From IMG/VR virus record IMGVR_UViG_3300027586_000007, positions 1 to 64,000 of that record: a stretch of DNA of 64,000 bases; one strand, given 5' to 3'. The translations under genes and the position numbers were made by a program. This stretch comes from a virus. Its lineage: Duplodnaviria; Caudoviricetes. The notes under the pieces were generated by a model that saw nothing but the letters and a program-made list of their open reading frames with translations, ran no database searches and was not told the DNA's origin. Positions 8,929 to 18,902 of the stretch are shown here, one piece after another (positions within the stretch are counted from its first letter, which is position 1; every line of letters begins with the position of its first letter).

Positions 8929-9578
8929 TGCAAAACAATATTGAGTTTAAACAATTTATAATGTTTGACCTTCAGGTTCTTGGACCACAAATTTGGTACT
9001 GGGAAAATGCATTAAGTTTTCCAGAAGAGCTAAAAGTATTTATTGACAAAATTGATGAAGAGCCACAGTCTTATTCTAGAATATCTAAATGGGAAAATTG
9101 GACAGCAAGCGATGACAAAGAATTAATTTACGGAAAAACAAAAAATATTAATAAATCTAAGTTAAAAGAATCTACTGGATCAGATATGGTAGATAAAAAA
9201 ACTTTGTATATAGCAAATAGCTTTCTAATGGCATTTGAAATGTGTACCGATAGATACCTAGAAGGACACAAGCTGGATAAAAGTAAATATAATTTAAATT
9301 TAGATAACACCACTATTAAGGCTTGGAATGAAGGACAGTCTATGGGTCCACATTTTGACGGACAAGATGGTAATGCAGATCTAGCATTTTCTTTGGTAGC
9401 ATATATAAACGACGACTACGAAGGCGGAGAAATTAGCTTTCCAAATCACAATGTTACCGTTAAGCCAAAAGCTGGAAGCATGATAATGTTTCCTTCGCAG
9501 GAGCCATATATTCATGAAGTAAAGCCAATTATTTCTGGCACCAGATATATGAGCCCCGCACACGTATATATTAAGTAG
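8928..9578 (+). CDS. 2OG-Fe(II) oxygenase, P4H-like
   Basis: HFDG...YINDDYEGGEISFP...HEVKPIISGTRY. Confidence 0.87.
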   Translation: MQNNIEFKQFIMFDLQVLGPQIWYWENALSFPEELKVFIDKIDEEPQSYSRISKWENWTASDDKELIYGKTKNINKSKLKESTGSDMVDKKTLYIANSFLMAFEMCTDRYLEGHKLDKSKYNLNLDNTTIKAWNEGQSMGPHFDGQDGNADLAFSLVAYINDDYEGGEISFPNHNVTVKPKAGSMIMFPSQEPYIHEVKPIISGTRYMSPAHVYIK

Positions 9579-9583
9579 ATCGG

Positions 9584-9592
9584 TGGTATAAT
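9584..9592 (+). promoter_or_regulatory. Extended -10 TGGTATAAT, leaderless
   Basis: 6 nt before ATG 9599; no RBS. Confidence 0.7.
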
Positions 9593-9598
9593 AAAAAA

Positions 9599-10711
9599 AT
9601 GAGCACAGGAGTAAACGGCTGGAGATTTCCAGACTATACAGACACCCCAGACGTCCCTAGAGACCTTGGAAACCTTGGTGCTGACATTGCAACCTTCATT
9701 GCTGCTAATCCAGGCCCACAGGGCCCTTCAGGCACCTTAGCAATAGGTACAGTAACTACCGTTAGCGCAAGTACTCCAGCAGCAGTTACAAATGTTGGAA
9801 CCTCATCAGCAGCTATATTAAATCTAACTTTGCCTAGAGGAATTGATGGTATTATTGGCGGTCCAGGTCCTTCAAATGTATTGTCTATTGGAACTGTAGC
9901 ACAGGGCGGTACAGCATCAGCAACAATTACTGGAACCTCACCTACACAGACATTAAATTTAGTTTTGCCAGAAGGCCCACAAGGAATACAGGGTCCAGTT
10001 GGCCCGCAGGGTCCTACCACGCTTGCGGTTGGAACGACTACAACTGGTGCAGCTGGAACAAATGCTTCAGTTACAAACACTGGCACAAGTACAGCAGCAG
10101 TTTTTGCATTTACAATTCCAAGAGGAGCAACTGGTGCCACAGGTGCCACTGGACCACAAGGAATTCCTGGATCAAGCGCAACTATAGATCCAGTGCCAAC
10201 AACAATAAGTTTAAACATACCAACCTCAACTGGGTTTGGCGTAAACTCTAACTGGTATCCTTTGGCAAATAACCTTTATAGTTTAGGGCAGCCAACAGAT
10301 ACACCAAATGGAGTTACATCAAACAGATTTTGGAAAACAATATACTCTAACACTGGAACTATCAATACGTCAGATCAAAGATTAAAAACTGAAATTGCAC
10401 CATCTCAGCTAGGCCTTAATTTTATAAATGAATTAAATCCAGTAAGCTATAAGTTTATTGAAGGCGGCAAAGAAATAGTAGACGGAGATATTGTTTCAAT
10501 TCCTGGATCAAGAACCCACTATGGACTTATTGCACAAGAAGTAAAAACAGCTTTAGATGAGTCTGGAGTTGCAGATTTTGCAGGCTGGGTAAAAATGGAT
10601 ATGTTAGAAGAAGACTCTATGCAGGGACTTAGATACGACCAATTTATTGCTCCATTAATTAAAGCAGTACAAGAGCTTACAGCGAGAGTTAAAGCACTAG
10701 AAGAGATCTAA
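9599..10711 (+). CDS. Tail fibre with collagen-like Gly-X-Y segments and C-terminal peptidase S74 chaperone domain
   Basis: GPQGPSG, GPQGIQGPVGPQGP, GATGATGATGPQGIPG; SDQRLKTEI...HYGLIAQEV...LRYDQFIAPLIKAVQEL (S74 motif). Confidence 0.8.
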   Translation: MSTGVNGWRFPDYTDTPDVPRDLGNLGADIATFIAANPGPQGPSGTLAIGTVTTVSASTPAAVTNVGTSSAAILNLTLPRGIDGIIGGPGPSNVLSIGTVAQGGTASATITGTSPTQTLNLVLPEGPQGIQGPVGPQGPTTLAVGTTTTGAAGTNASVTNTGTSTAAVFAFTIPRGATGATGATGPQGIPGSSATIDPVPTTISLNIPTSTGFGVNSNWYPLANNLYSLGQPTDTPNGVTSNRFWKTIYSNTGTINTSDQRLKTEIAPSQLGLNFINELNPVSYKFIEGGKEIVDGDIVSIPGSRTHYGLIAQEVKTALDESGVADFAGWVKMDMLEEDSMQGLRYDQFIAPLIKAVQELTARVKALEEI

Positions 10712-10714
10712 GAC

Positions 10715-12520
10715 ATGTCATACAAATACACTGTCTTAAAAGATAATCCACTTTCTTTTTTCTTATTAGATGAAGTCCGTTCTGGAACTGCTGGAGTATA
10801 CAGCAACCTAACAACACAATATGCCACATATGCTGATTTAAGAGATAATGGCGTTTCGTATGCAGCAATAAGTGGACTTCCAATAAAAGACTATTCTGGT
10901 AATGGTATGGAAGGATATGCAATAAATGCTTCTGCAATGGAAGTCTTGCCTATAATTGGGGCGGGAGTCAGAGGAACAGAAATTAATAATGACATAGACT
11001 TATCACTAAAAGCCCCAGGCATTGCTACATACAAGAACCCAGACAGCCCATTCTCATTTGAAATATGGTTTAGTCCAGACGTATCAGATAGCCAAGAGTA
11101 TTTAATTCTTGGAGACGCAACAAATAAAATAGGCCTATTTTATAAAAATGAAAATGTAATATTTAAATGTACAGAGCAAGAAACAGTATGGTACAAAGTA
11201 AGTAAAAATCAAGTAATGCATATAGTCGGTATATTTTCTAAAGACAAGATGTCTTTGTATATAAACGGATTACTGGTTTCTGAAAAAATTATCACAACAG
11301 CATTTAAATTTACAAATGAATTAATTACTATTAATATTGGTCCAGCAAATACTGGAAAGAGATTTGTAGTAGATTCGGCAGCAATCTATAATTATGAAAT
11401 TGAAGACACAAAGATTTTATCTCACTATTTGGTTGGCTATAAAGAAACTAAATATTCACAGATTGTTTATTCTAAAAACGGAACTTTATTTTCACTAAAC
11501 TCTGTATCCCTAAAGCCATCAGTATCTTACAGATATCCTGGACTTAAATCTTTAGACACTATAGTTTCAGGAGATGCATACTATAATCCAACCTATAAAA
11601 GAATAGAATTTGCCCAGACAGAATTAGTAGAAGAAAAAACTTTTGTATTTGAAGAAAGACTTTATGTGCCAAACCCAGAGAACATTGTTTCTTCTAGAAT
11701 ATCTTACGGGCAAGATGTAGATAACATTTTAATAGAGGTTAAAGTTCCAGGACAAGCCTGGGCGCCATGCAAAAACAATTCTGTCTTGCCATACTATAAC
11801 AAAAATGAAAACTTGTCTGGTCCAATATTAGACATACGAATTACAATGACCACACTCGACTCCTCTTTTGACCTACCCTACTTTGATAAATTAGAAATTG
11901 ATTTATATTCAGATAAAGATTTTTATTCTGATAATGGCGGAGGCAAAGTTTATTCCGACTATGATTATTCACTTGGATATTACAACTATCCAGTAAGAAT
12001 GCAAAATAAATACAATGGCCTATCTATGACTTCAGGACATGGATTCTCTGTAGATCTTCCAATACAGCCAAGAACCATTGAAATGTTTTTTACTCCAAGA
12101 GAAGGAAAGAATGTTTTGTTCTCATCGACTGCGGCCTCTTTTAGCTGGACTAATGCAGGAGCAATAACAAAGAGCGGAATTAGCGCAATATACGTTAATG
12201 GAATAAACAGGACATCTTCTACCAATGTATCCGACTTCTTTTTAAGCGGGGTATCCCATCACGTACTAATAGTCTTAAGCGCAATTGCCACAGGGATTAA
12301 GATGAACCAAAACCAGAGCGGTTCTGAATATGGTGGATCTAATATCTACAGCAATTTAGCATTTTATGAAACCCCATTTACTGCTCTAGAAGCCTTAAAG
12401 AATTATAAGCTATATTGTTCAGAAAATTCATTTACCGTGCAAGACCCAGGCATAACTTTCTCAGAAAGTGCTACTGGCCGAGACAACACAGCCTACTTCA
12501 CAAGATCTTTTGACGTATAG
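10715..12520 (+). CDS. Virion protein with LamG/concanavalin-A-like domains
   Basis: FSFEIWF...MHIVGIF...LYINGLL...DSAAIYNYE motif; YKYTVLKDNPLSFFLLDE N-terminus. Confidence 0.65.
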   Translation: MSYKYTVLKDNPLSFFLLDEVRSGTAGVYSNLTTQYATYADLRDNGVSYAAISGLPIKDYSGNGMEGYAINASAMEVLPIIGAGVRGTEINNDIDLSLKAPGIATYKNPDSPFSFEIWFSPDVSDSQEYLILGDATNKIGLFYKNENVIFKCTEQETVWYKVSKNQVMHIVGIFSKDKMSLYINGLLVSEKIITTAFKFTNELITINIGPANTGKRFVVDSAAIYNYEIEDTKILSHYLVGYKETKYSQIVYSKNGTLFSLNSVSLKPSVSYRYPGLKSLDTIVSGDAYYNPTYKRIEFAQTELVEEKTFVFEERLYVPNPENIVSSRISYGQDVDNILIEVKVPGQAWAPCKNNSVLPYYNKNENLSGPILDIRITMTTLDSSFDLPYFDKLEIDLYSDKDFYSDNGGGKVYSDYDYSLGYYNYPVRMQNKYNGLSMTSGHGFSVDLPIQPRTIEMFFTPREGKNVLFSSTAASFSWTNAGAITKSGISAIYVNGINRTSSTNVSDFFLSGVSHHVLIVLSAIATGIKMNQNQSGSEYGGSNIYSNLAFYETPFTALEALKNYKLYCSENSFTVQDPGITFSESATGRDNTAYFTRSFDV

Positions 12521-12563
12521 CCTACAATATATTAAAAATATTGTCACAGACTGGTACAGAAGA

Positions 12564-12592
12564 TGGACTTTTGTTAGGAATAATGGTAAACT
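12564..12592 (+). promoter_or_regulatory. Promoter TGGACT-N17-TAAACT (TG-extended)
   Basis: Upstream of the head module; ATG 9 nt after the -10. Confidence 0.5.
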
Positions 12593-12601
12593 GGTTAACA
12601 T

Positions 12602-12940
12602 ATGGAAATCTTAAATCAAAAAAGTCAAATCATTGAAGAGACACGCCTAGGCATATACGTATGGGAAATGCCAGATGGCCGATGGATCGGTGATGATGAT
12701 GGCAATTTCCTTTCTATAACATCAACTAAAGGCAATAGATCAAAAATAGCTGCACTCGCAGATTCAGTTAGACACTATGGTATTTATGAGGGACAGCCGA
12801 AATTCCTTTCGGGTAGAAGAAAAATTGATGATGAAGAATTTGAACATCAGAACGAAAGACTTAAATGGGGACTTACTCCAGATACATTAGATATTGGAGA
12901 ATACAAAGATTCAATACTAAGAGGGGGAGCAGTAAAATGA
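12602..12940 (+). CDS. Conserved hypothetical protein upstream of portal
   Basis: 112 aa, GIYVWEMPDGRWIGDDDGNFLSI; ATGA overlap with portal. Confidence 0.7.
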   Translation: MEILNQKSQIIEETRLGIYVWEMPDGRWIGDDDGNFLSITSTKGNRSKIAALADSVRHYGIYEGQPKFLSGRRKIDDEEFEHQNERLKWGLTPDTLDIGEYKDSILRGGAVK

Positions 12941-14520
12941 CACAATTTTTAGAAGACGGACCAGAAGATACATACGAGGTATCTGTTAAAAATAGCTCAG
13001 ACCTATTCTCATTTAAGAAAGAGAAAGAACACGTAGACCCATTTGCTATTGGTATTGATGACCTTAAAAAAGTAAGAGGCCTAGGCACAAATTTTAAAAG
13101 AAAAGTAAATAGAGATTTTACAAAATCATTTACTGGTAAAGATGGATCAGGCACACAACAGAATCTATTGCAGTCAGCAGTTACTGGATATGCAATGTTC
13201 GACCTTGTTCAACCAGTATATAATCTAGAATACCTTTCTCAGATATATGAAGTTTCAACATACAACTATGCAGCCATTAATGCCAAGGTAGCAAATATTG
13301 TTGGTCTTGGATATTCCTTTATGGAAACAAGAAAGACAAACGATGCTATCGATGCAATAACAGATGACAAGCAATTAGATAGAGCACGTAGAAAGCTTAA
13401 TAAGTTAAAGCAGGATCTTCAAGATTGGCTAGATGCAACAAACCAAGAAGATACGTTTACTGAAACATTGATAAAGGTCTATACAGACCTAGAAGCAACT
13501 GGTAACGGCTACCTTGAAGTAGGTAGAACTACAGGCGGAGATATTGGATATATTGGGCATATCCCAGCAAAGACTATGCGTGTAAGAAGACTTAGAGATG
13601 GCTTTATGCAATTGCTTTATGGCAAGGCTGTATTCTTTAGAAACTTTGGAGATACAGAAACCGTTAATCCAATTGGTGATTCAGAAGATAGACCAAACGA
13701 AATAATTCATTTAAAGAAATATACCCCAATGAATAACTACTACGGCATTCCAGATATTGTAGCAGCCCAGATGTCACTTGCAGGAAACGAATTTGCTGGC
13801 AGATATAACCTAGATTATTTTGAAAATAAAGCGGTTCCAAGATATATCATCACAGTTAAGGGAGCAAAGCTTTCTCCAGAGTCAGAAAGAAAATTGCTTG
13901 AATTCTTCCAGGTTGGACTAAAAGGAAAGAACCACAGATCACTATATATCCCTCTACCAGCCGACACTCAAGACAATAAGGTTGAATTTAAAATGGAGCC
14001 AGTTGAAGCTGGTGCCCAAGAGTCCTCATTTAATATTTATAGACAATCAAATAGAGATGAAATTCTATTGGCACACAGAGTTCCAATTAATAAAATTGGT
14101 GTTCCAGAAGGTGTGTCCTTGGCAAATGCTAGAGACGCAGATAAAACATTTAAAGAGCAGGTTTGCCGACCAGCTCAAATGAGACTTGAAAAAAGAATTA
14201 ATTCAATAATTGAAGAAAAGACAGATGCATTAAAAATTAAATTTGAAGAGTTGACTTTAACTGACGAAGATACTCAGTCTCAAATAGACGAAAGATATTT
14301 AAGAATGCAGGTTATTACCCCTAATGAAGTTAGAATTAGAAAAGGAATGATTCCTGTTGATGGCGGAGATGAAATGGTTGAATTAAAGCCACAGCAAGCT
14401 GCTGACCAAAAAGCAACCGCTGGCAAAACTAGGGCAAGGGATTCAGAAAGATCTGCCGCATCTTCCGATAAGGTCGGAGAAGGCAGAAATGCAAAAGGTG
14501 ACGGAAAAAAGGTTGACTAA
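12937..14520 (+). CDS. Portal protein (HK97/PBSX-like)
   Basis: DLEATGNGYLEV...HIPAKTMRV...EIIHLKKYTPMNNYYGIPD...ILLAHRVP...ITPNEVR; start set at ATG 12937 after the GGGGGAG RBS. Confidence 0.88.
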   Translation: MTQFLEDGPEDTYEVSVKNSSDLFSFKKEKEHVDPFAIGIDDLKKVRGLGTNFKRKVNRDFTKSFTGKDGSGTQQNLLQSAVTGYAMFDLVQPVYNLEYLSQIYEVSTYNYAAINAKVANIVGLGYSFMETRKTNDAIDAITDDKQLDRARRKLNKLKQDLQDWLDATNQEDTFTETLIKVYTDLEATGNGYLEVGRTTGGDIGYIGHIPAKTMRVRRLRDGFMQLLYGKAVFFRNFGDTETVNPIGDSEDRPNEIIHLKKYTPMNNYYGIPDIVAAQMSLAGNEFAGRYNLDYFENKAVPRYIITVKGAKLSPESERKLLEFFQVGLKGKNHRSLYIPLPADTQDNKVEFKMEPVEAGAQESSFNIYRQSNRDEILLAHRVPINKIGVPEGVSLANARDADKTFKEQVCRPAQMRLEKRINSIIEEKTDALKIKFEELTLTDEDTQSQIDERYLRMQVITPNEVRIRKGMIPVDGGDEMVELKPQQAADQKATAGKTRARDSERSAASSDKVGEGRNAKGDGKKVD

Positions 14521-14537
14521 ACCTAATCAACTGCTAT

Positions 14538-14566
14538 TTGCATTATAGTAGATAAACCATTAAAAT
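14538..14566 (+). promoter_or_regulatory. Promoter TTGCAT-N17-TAAAAT, leaderless
   Basis: ATG 14574 is 7 nt downstream. Confidence 0.7.
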
Positions 14567-14573
14567 TAAGCAT

Positions 14574-15917
14574 ATGAACATTGAAAAAGCCCAATGGTCC
14601 ACAAACGGCCAAAACATTCATTTATCTGTCCCGTTCACAAAGGTGAATAGGGAGAACAGAACTGTTTCTGGATTCGCTACACTAGACAACGTAGATCAAA
14701 CAGGTGATGTCGTAACAGCAGAAGCAAGCATGAAGGCATTTGAAAGTTTTAGAGGCAATCTTAGAGAGATGCATCAGCCACTAGCTGTAGGCAAAGTAGT
14801 TTCTTTCAAACCAGAAACATACTATGATCAAAAGTCAAAAGAGTTTTATAACGGAGTGTATGTTACATCGTACATCTCAAAAGGCGCACAAGATACATGG
14901 GAAAAGGTTCTTGACGGAACACTTTCAGGTTTTTCAATCGGCGGAAAGATTAAAGAGTCAGACAACGAAATGAATAAGTCAACAGGAGAGACTGTAAGAT
15001 TTATTAAGGATTACGATCTAATAGAATTATCAATTGTTGATTCACCAGCAAATGAAATGTGTAACATCATATCAATTGAAAAGATGAACGGCCAACTTGT
15101 ATTCAAGGGAATGGCTGCAGATGTAGTTACAGAAAATATTTTTTATTGTGAAGAAAGCGACTCTGTTTTTATCTCAACAGACAAGACATACTCTTCTCCA
15201 GTTACTGGAAAAGAAGCTACGCTAATTGGATGGGTCGAAAGCTCAGACATAAACAAATCAAAAGAGATAGATAAGATTCTTGCTTCATTTAAGAAGTCAA
15301 GAGTTCCGTTGCCTGGAATACAAACAATAGCAAAACAGGTAAACGTACAAGGAGGTAATGAAGTGGAAAAACTAAACGCAATAGCTGAAGATTCAGTAGT
15401 AGAAATTACAGAAACAGCAATCGTTGAAGAGACCGTAGTGGCATCTAATGCACCTGCAGTCGAAGATGCACCAAACGCTGTTAACTCAGTGGAAGATGCA
15501 GACTCTGCTTCTGTAGATGTCTTTAAGTCAGTTGATGCTCCTCAAGCAGATGCTGCAGTTGAAGAACCTGATTTTGCAAAAATGTTAGTAGACCTAAAGG
15601 GATTCTTTGCAGATACTCTTAGCAAGGCTACAGAGGCAAATGCAGTACAGGTTTCAGAAATCAAAGAAACTGTAGAGACTTTTAGCAAGAGCGTAAATGC
15701 TCAAATTACAGAGTTAGCAGAAAAGCACAGTGCACTTAGTGCCGCTGTCACAGAAATAAAGGGCACCATTGATGGTGTTCAAAAGCGTGTAGATGCCGTA
15801 GAAGGCGATACAGCAATCAAGAAGTCCTCAGACCTTGGCGGGTCTGTTGCACCAGCAGTAAACAAATCAAAATGGAACGGTTCTTTCCTCGGTTCCGTAA
15901 ACGAAATATTTAACTAG
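14574..15917 (+). CDS. Prohead protease (HK97-type) fused to scaffold-like acidic/coiled-coil tail
   Basis: VSGFAT..VDQTGDVV...LREMH...GFSIGG...ELSIVDSPAN; lies between portal and capsid. Confidence 0.85.
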   Translation: MNIEKAQWSTNGQNIHLSVPFTKVNRENRTVSGFATLDNVDQTGDVVTAEASMKAFESFRGNLREMHQPLAVGKVVSFKPETYYDQKSKEFYNGVYVTSYISKGAQDTWEKVLDGTLSGFSIGGKIKESDNEMNKSTGETVRFIKDYDLIELSIVDSPANEMCNIISIEKMNGQLVFKGMAADVVTENIFYCEESDSVFISTDKTYSSPVTGKEATLIGWVESSDINKSKEIDKILASFKKSRVPLPGIQTIAKQVNVQGGNEVEKLNAIAEDSVVEITETAIVEETVVASNAPAVEDAPNAVNSVEDADSASVDVFKSVDAPQADAAVEEPDFAKMLVDLKGFFADTLSKATEANAVQVSEIKETVETFSKSVNAQITELAEKHSALSAAVTEIKGTIDGVQKRVDAVEGDTAIKKSSDLGGSVAPAVNKSKWNGSFLGSVNEIFN

Positions 15918-15931
15918 GGTAGGTGAATTAT

Positions 15932-16981
15932 ATGAGCAATGAAACATTAGAAAAAGCAATCGCAGCAGGCACAACAGCCACAGCTGGTTTTGCATCAACA
16001 GCAGGTGGAGCAGGAGTACACACAGCGTCTGAAAACGGCAACGGTGGTCTTCTAAATCCAGAACAATCAGCTCGCTTCCTAGACTATATGTTCGATTCAA
16101 CCGTAATTGGAAAAGTCGCACGTACAGTTCGAATGAAGTCAGACACAACAGAGATTGATCGTATGTCAGTAGGAGAAAAGCTTGTTAAGCTTGCATCCGA
16201 AGGAGACAACACAGGTGTTAACTCAGCTGTAACTTTCTCAAAGATCTCTCTAACAACAAAGAAGCTTCGCATGGATTGGGAACTTTCAACTGAGTCTCTA
16301 GAAGACAATATTGAAGGTGCCGATCTTGAAGATCACATCGCACGTTTGATGGCAACACAAGCAGGAAATGACATCGAAGATGTTATTCTTAACGGTGACA
16401 CAGCCCTTTCAAGCGATGCACTATACAAGTCATTTGACGGTGTAGTTAAGAAGGCTAAGACCTCTGGTCGTGTAGTCGATGCAGCAGGTGCGGGAATTTC
16501 CCGTGCTGTATTTAACTCAGCGCTAAAGGCCCTTCCACGTAAGTACAAGCAACGTCGTACAGACCTTCGCTTCCTTTCAGGATCAAACTTGATCCAAGAT
16601 TACTTATACTCAAACTCACAGAACATCCAGAACGTTACTCCACAAGATATTGCCTCTGGCATTATCCGTGGTGATGTTCCTGTTCTAGGAGGTCCTGCAG
16701 GATATGTAGCTCCATACGCATTTGGTATTCCAATCGTTGAAGTTCCACTTCTTCCAGAGACACAGGCTGGTTCATACGCAAGCCCATCAGGATCACACGG
16801 AGATGTCCACTTGACATTCCCTAACAACGTGGTAATTGGTGTAAAGCGTGACGTAACAGTTTACCGCTTCTTCTGGCCACGTAAGGACTCAATCGAGTAC
16901 ACAATGTATACTCGTGTTGGTGTTCAAATCGAGCAAGCAGACGCTTGGGTAGTTGTAAAGAACGTTAAGGTTGCTTCCTAA
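15932..16981 (+). CDS. Major capsid protein (HK97 fold)
   Basis: GGLLNPEQSARFLDYM...KLRMDWELSTESLEDNIEG; position after protease, strong codon bias, followed by a terminator; ATG 15932 after AGGTG. Confidence 0.88.
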   Translation: MSNETLEKAIAAGTTATAGFASTAGGAGVHTASENGNGGLLNPEQSARFLDYMFDSTVIGKVARTVRMKSDTTEIDRMSVGEKLVKLASEGDNTGVNSAVTFSKISLTTKKLRMDWELSTESLEDNIEGADLEDHIARLMATQAGNDIEDVILNGDTALSSDALYKSFDGVVKKAKTSGRVVDAAGAGISRAVFNSALKALPRKYKQRRTDLRFLSGSNLIQDYLYSNSQNIQNVTPQDIASGIIRGDVPVLGGPAGYVAPYAFGIPIVEVPLLPETQAGSYASPSGSHGDVHLTFPNNVVIGVKRDVTVYRFFWPRKDSIEYTMYTRVGVQIEQADAWVVVKNVKVAS

Positions 16982-16998
16982 TTAGGAATTAATCTCAG

Positions 16999-17035
16999 GA
17001 AAGCCCCCAATTAATTTTGGGGGCTTTTCATTTTA
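16999..17035 (+). terminator. Rho-independent terminator after capsid
   Basis: AAAGCCCCCAA-TTAATT-TTGGGGGCTTT + TCATTTT. Confidence 0.9.
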
Positions 17036-17044
17036 ATTATACAA

Positions 17045-17053
17045 TGCTATAAT
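17045..17053 (+). promoter_or_regulatory. Extended -10 TGCTATAAT
   Basis: Directly after the terminator, upstream of the AAGGAG RBS of 17081. Confidence 0.65.
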
Positions 17054-17080
17054 GGTTTTACCTAGAAAAAGGAGTAATAA

Positions 17081-17476
17081 ATGTCTTTTGACACATTAAA
17101 GGTCGGAGAGCTAAAAGCAATTGCAGAAGATTTTGCAGTTGAAACAGAAGGACTTAAGAACAAGCAGGACATAATTGCAGCACTAGCAGAAGAAGGTGTC
17201 ACATACGAAGTGTATGCTAAGACACTAAAGGATCTAGAGGATGCAAAAGAGGAAATTGAAATCCTCCCAGTATTTGATCCAAAGGCAGAGCGTACAGAAG
17301 ATACTGTGCTAGTTAGAATGACAAGAGCAAACTTTAGGTATGACATCTTGGGACACACGTTCACACAGGAACACCCATTTGTAGCAATGCACAAAGATTC
17401 TGCTCAGGAAATTTTTGATATAGAGGAGGGGTTTCGTTTAGCCACACCAAAAGAAGTACAGGATTATTACGGCTAA
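17081..17476 (+). CDS. Protein with Rho-N/HeH-like helical domain
   Basis: LKVGELKAIAEDFAVETEGLKNKQDIIAAL. Confidence 0.55.
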   Translation: MSFDTLKVGELKAIAEDFAVETEGLKNKQDIIAALAEEGVTYEVYAKTLKDLEDAKEEIEILPVFDPKAERTEDTVLVRMTRANFRYDILGHTFTQEHPFVAMHKDSAQEIFDIEEGFRLATPKEVQDYYG

Positions 17477-17491
17477 GCTTAACCGCACAAC

Positions 17492-18472
17492 ATGGAAATT
17501 ATAGTAGGAACAAATGCTCCAGTAAAGCAAAGAGTTTTTTGGAAGGGCAGCATATCCAAAGCAGACTCATTGCCAACAGTTAAGTTCTATGACATAACTG
17601 AAGACCCAGCAGTTGCACCATCTATTAATCCAGCAACTCTTTTACACACGCAAACAGCAGAAGAAGTAGATACAGACTTTGGTGTATATAGCGTATACCC
17701 ACCATTGACTCTTACAAACAGACCTAGATCATTAAAGCTAGTATGGGAATATCGGGTTCAAGGGCAAGTAGTAACAAAAGAGCATAAGATTTTTGTTGTT
17801 ACCCCGTATGCAGATTTAACACAAGCAGCTGACGCACTTGGATTTGGGTTTGATCAATCTGACCCTAATTATAAAACATTTGCTGACCTAGTTGCCGCAG
17901 AAAGATATGCTAGAAAGTTAATTGAAAATTACACTGGACAGCAGTTCCATTTGTATGATGACGTAAATGTTGTTTATTCAACTGGAGCAGATATTCTTCC
18001 ACTGCCTCAAAAGATTAACCAGTTGCATGAGCTTTATTTAAATGACATGCTTTTGGTAGATACTATTAACAATGTTAATAATTTAAATATGCCAGTTTCA
18101 GTATCTGAAAGTGGATTTGGATTAAGAGTTGATAGATCAAACGCATTAGACAATGTAGTTTATTATGCTAACGGCATGATTCCTCCAAGCATTAATGATA
18201 GCGGAAGAGGCATATTTGTAAATGGCGGGACCTACAGGGTCGCTGGTAGATATGGCTGGCAAAATGTACCAGACGAAGTAGAGCTTGCATGCATTGAATT
18301 AATGAAAGACTTTTTCTCTAAAGATAAAGAATGGCGCAATAAGTATATAAAGAGCATCCAGACATTTGACTGGCAGTTCCAATATGATACATCAGCATTT
18401 AGCGGCACAGGCAATAACTATGCAGATCAGCTATTACTCCCATATGTCACAAACAAAATGGTAGTTATTTAA
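17492..18472 (+). CDS. Head-tail adaptor/connector
   Basis: AERYARKLIENYTGQQF...GRYGWQNVPDEVELACIELM (gp6/gp15-like C-terminal part); synteny. Confidence 0.65.
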   Translation: MEIIVGTNAPVKQRVFWKGSISKADSLPTVKFYDITEDPAVAPSINPATLLHTQTAEEVDTDFGVYSVYPPLTLTNRPRSLKLVWEYRVQGQVVTKEHKIFVVTPYADLTQAADALGFGFDQSDPNYKTFADLVAAERYARKLIENYTGQQFHLYDDVNVVYSTGADILPLPQKINQLHELYLNDMLLVDTINNVNNLNMPVSVSESGFGLRVDRSNALDNVVYYANGMIPPSINDSGRGIFVNGGTYRVAGRYGWQNVPDEVELACIELMKDFFSKDKEWRNKYIKSIQTFDWQFQYDTSAFSGTGNNYADQLLLPYVTNKMVVI

Positions 18473-18473
18473 G

Positions 18474-18902
18474 ATGAACAACCTAGTTGATTCTATTTTC
18501 AATATGAAGGTAGATGTATATCTGCAAGAAGATTACCAGGACCCAAACACTGGTGCTATCAAGAAGTCTTGGATATACCAGAAAACAATCCCGTGCTTTG
18601 CAAAAGGAATGATATCTAATTCATCCACTGCAAGAAGCGGAGATAACAGGGCCATATCAACTAAATATGAGAATACTCAAACTATAGAAATTAGAACACA
18701 GACGCCAATTACATACAGACAGAAGATAGCCAATATCAAAGATTCTTCTAACAATGTAATATGGTTTGAATTAAACTACCCAAATGATACTCCAACAGTA
18801 TTTGAGATAGTAAGCTCAACACCAATTACAGATCCGTTTGGAACACTTATGGCATATAACTCAATTGCCAAAAGGTCGGAGAACCAGATAATTGGAGACT
18901 AA
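18474..18902 (+). CDS. Head closure/stopper protein
   Basis: Size, beta-rich pattern and position after the adaptor. Confidence 0.55.
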   Translation: MNNLVDSIFNMKVDVYLQEDYQDPNTGAIKKSWIYQKTIPCFAKGMISNSSTARSGDNRAISTKYENTQTIEIRTQTPITYRQKIANIKDSSNNVIWFELNYPNDTPTVFEIVSSTPITDPFGTLMAYNSIAKRSENQIIGD

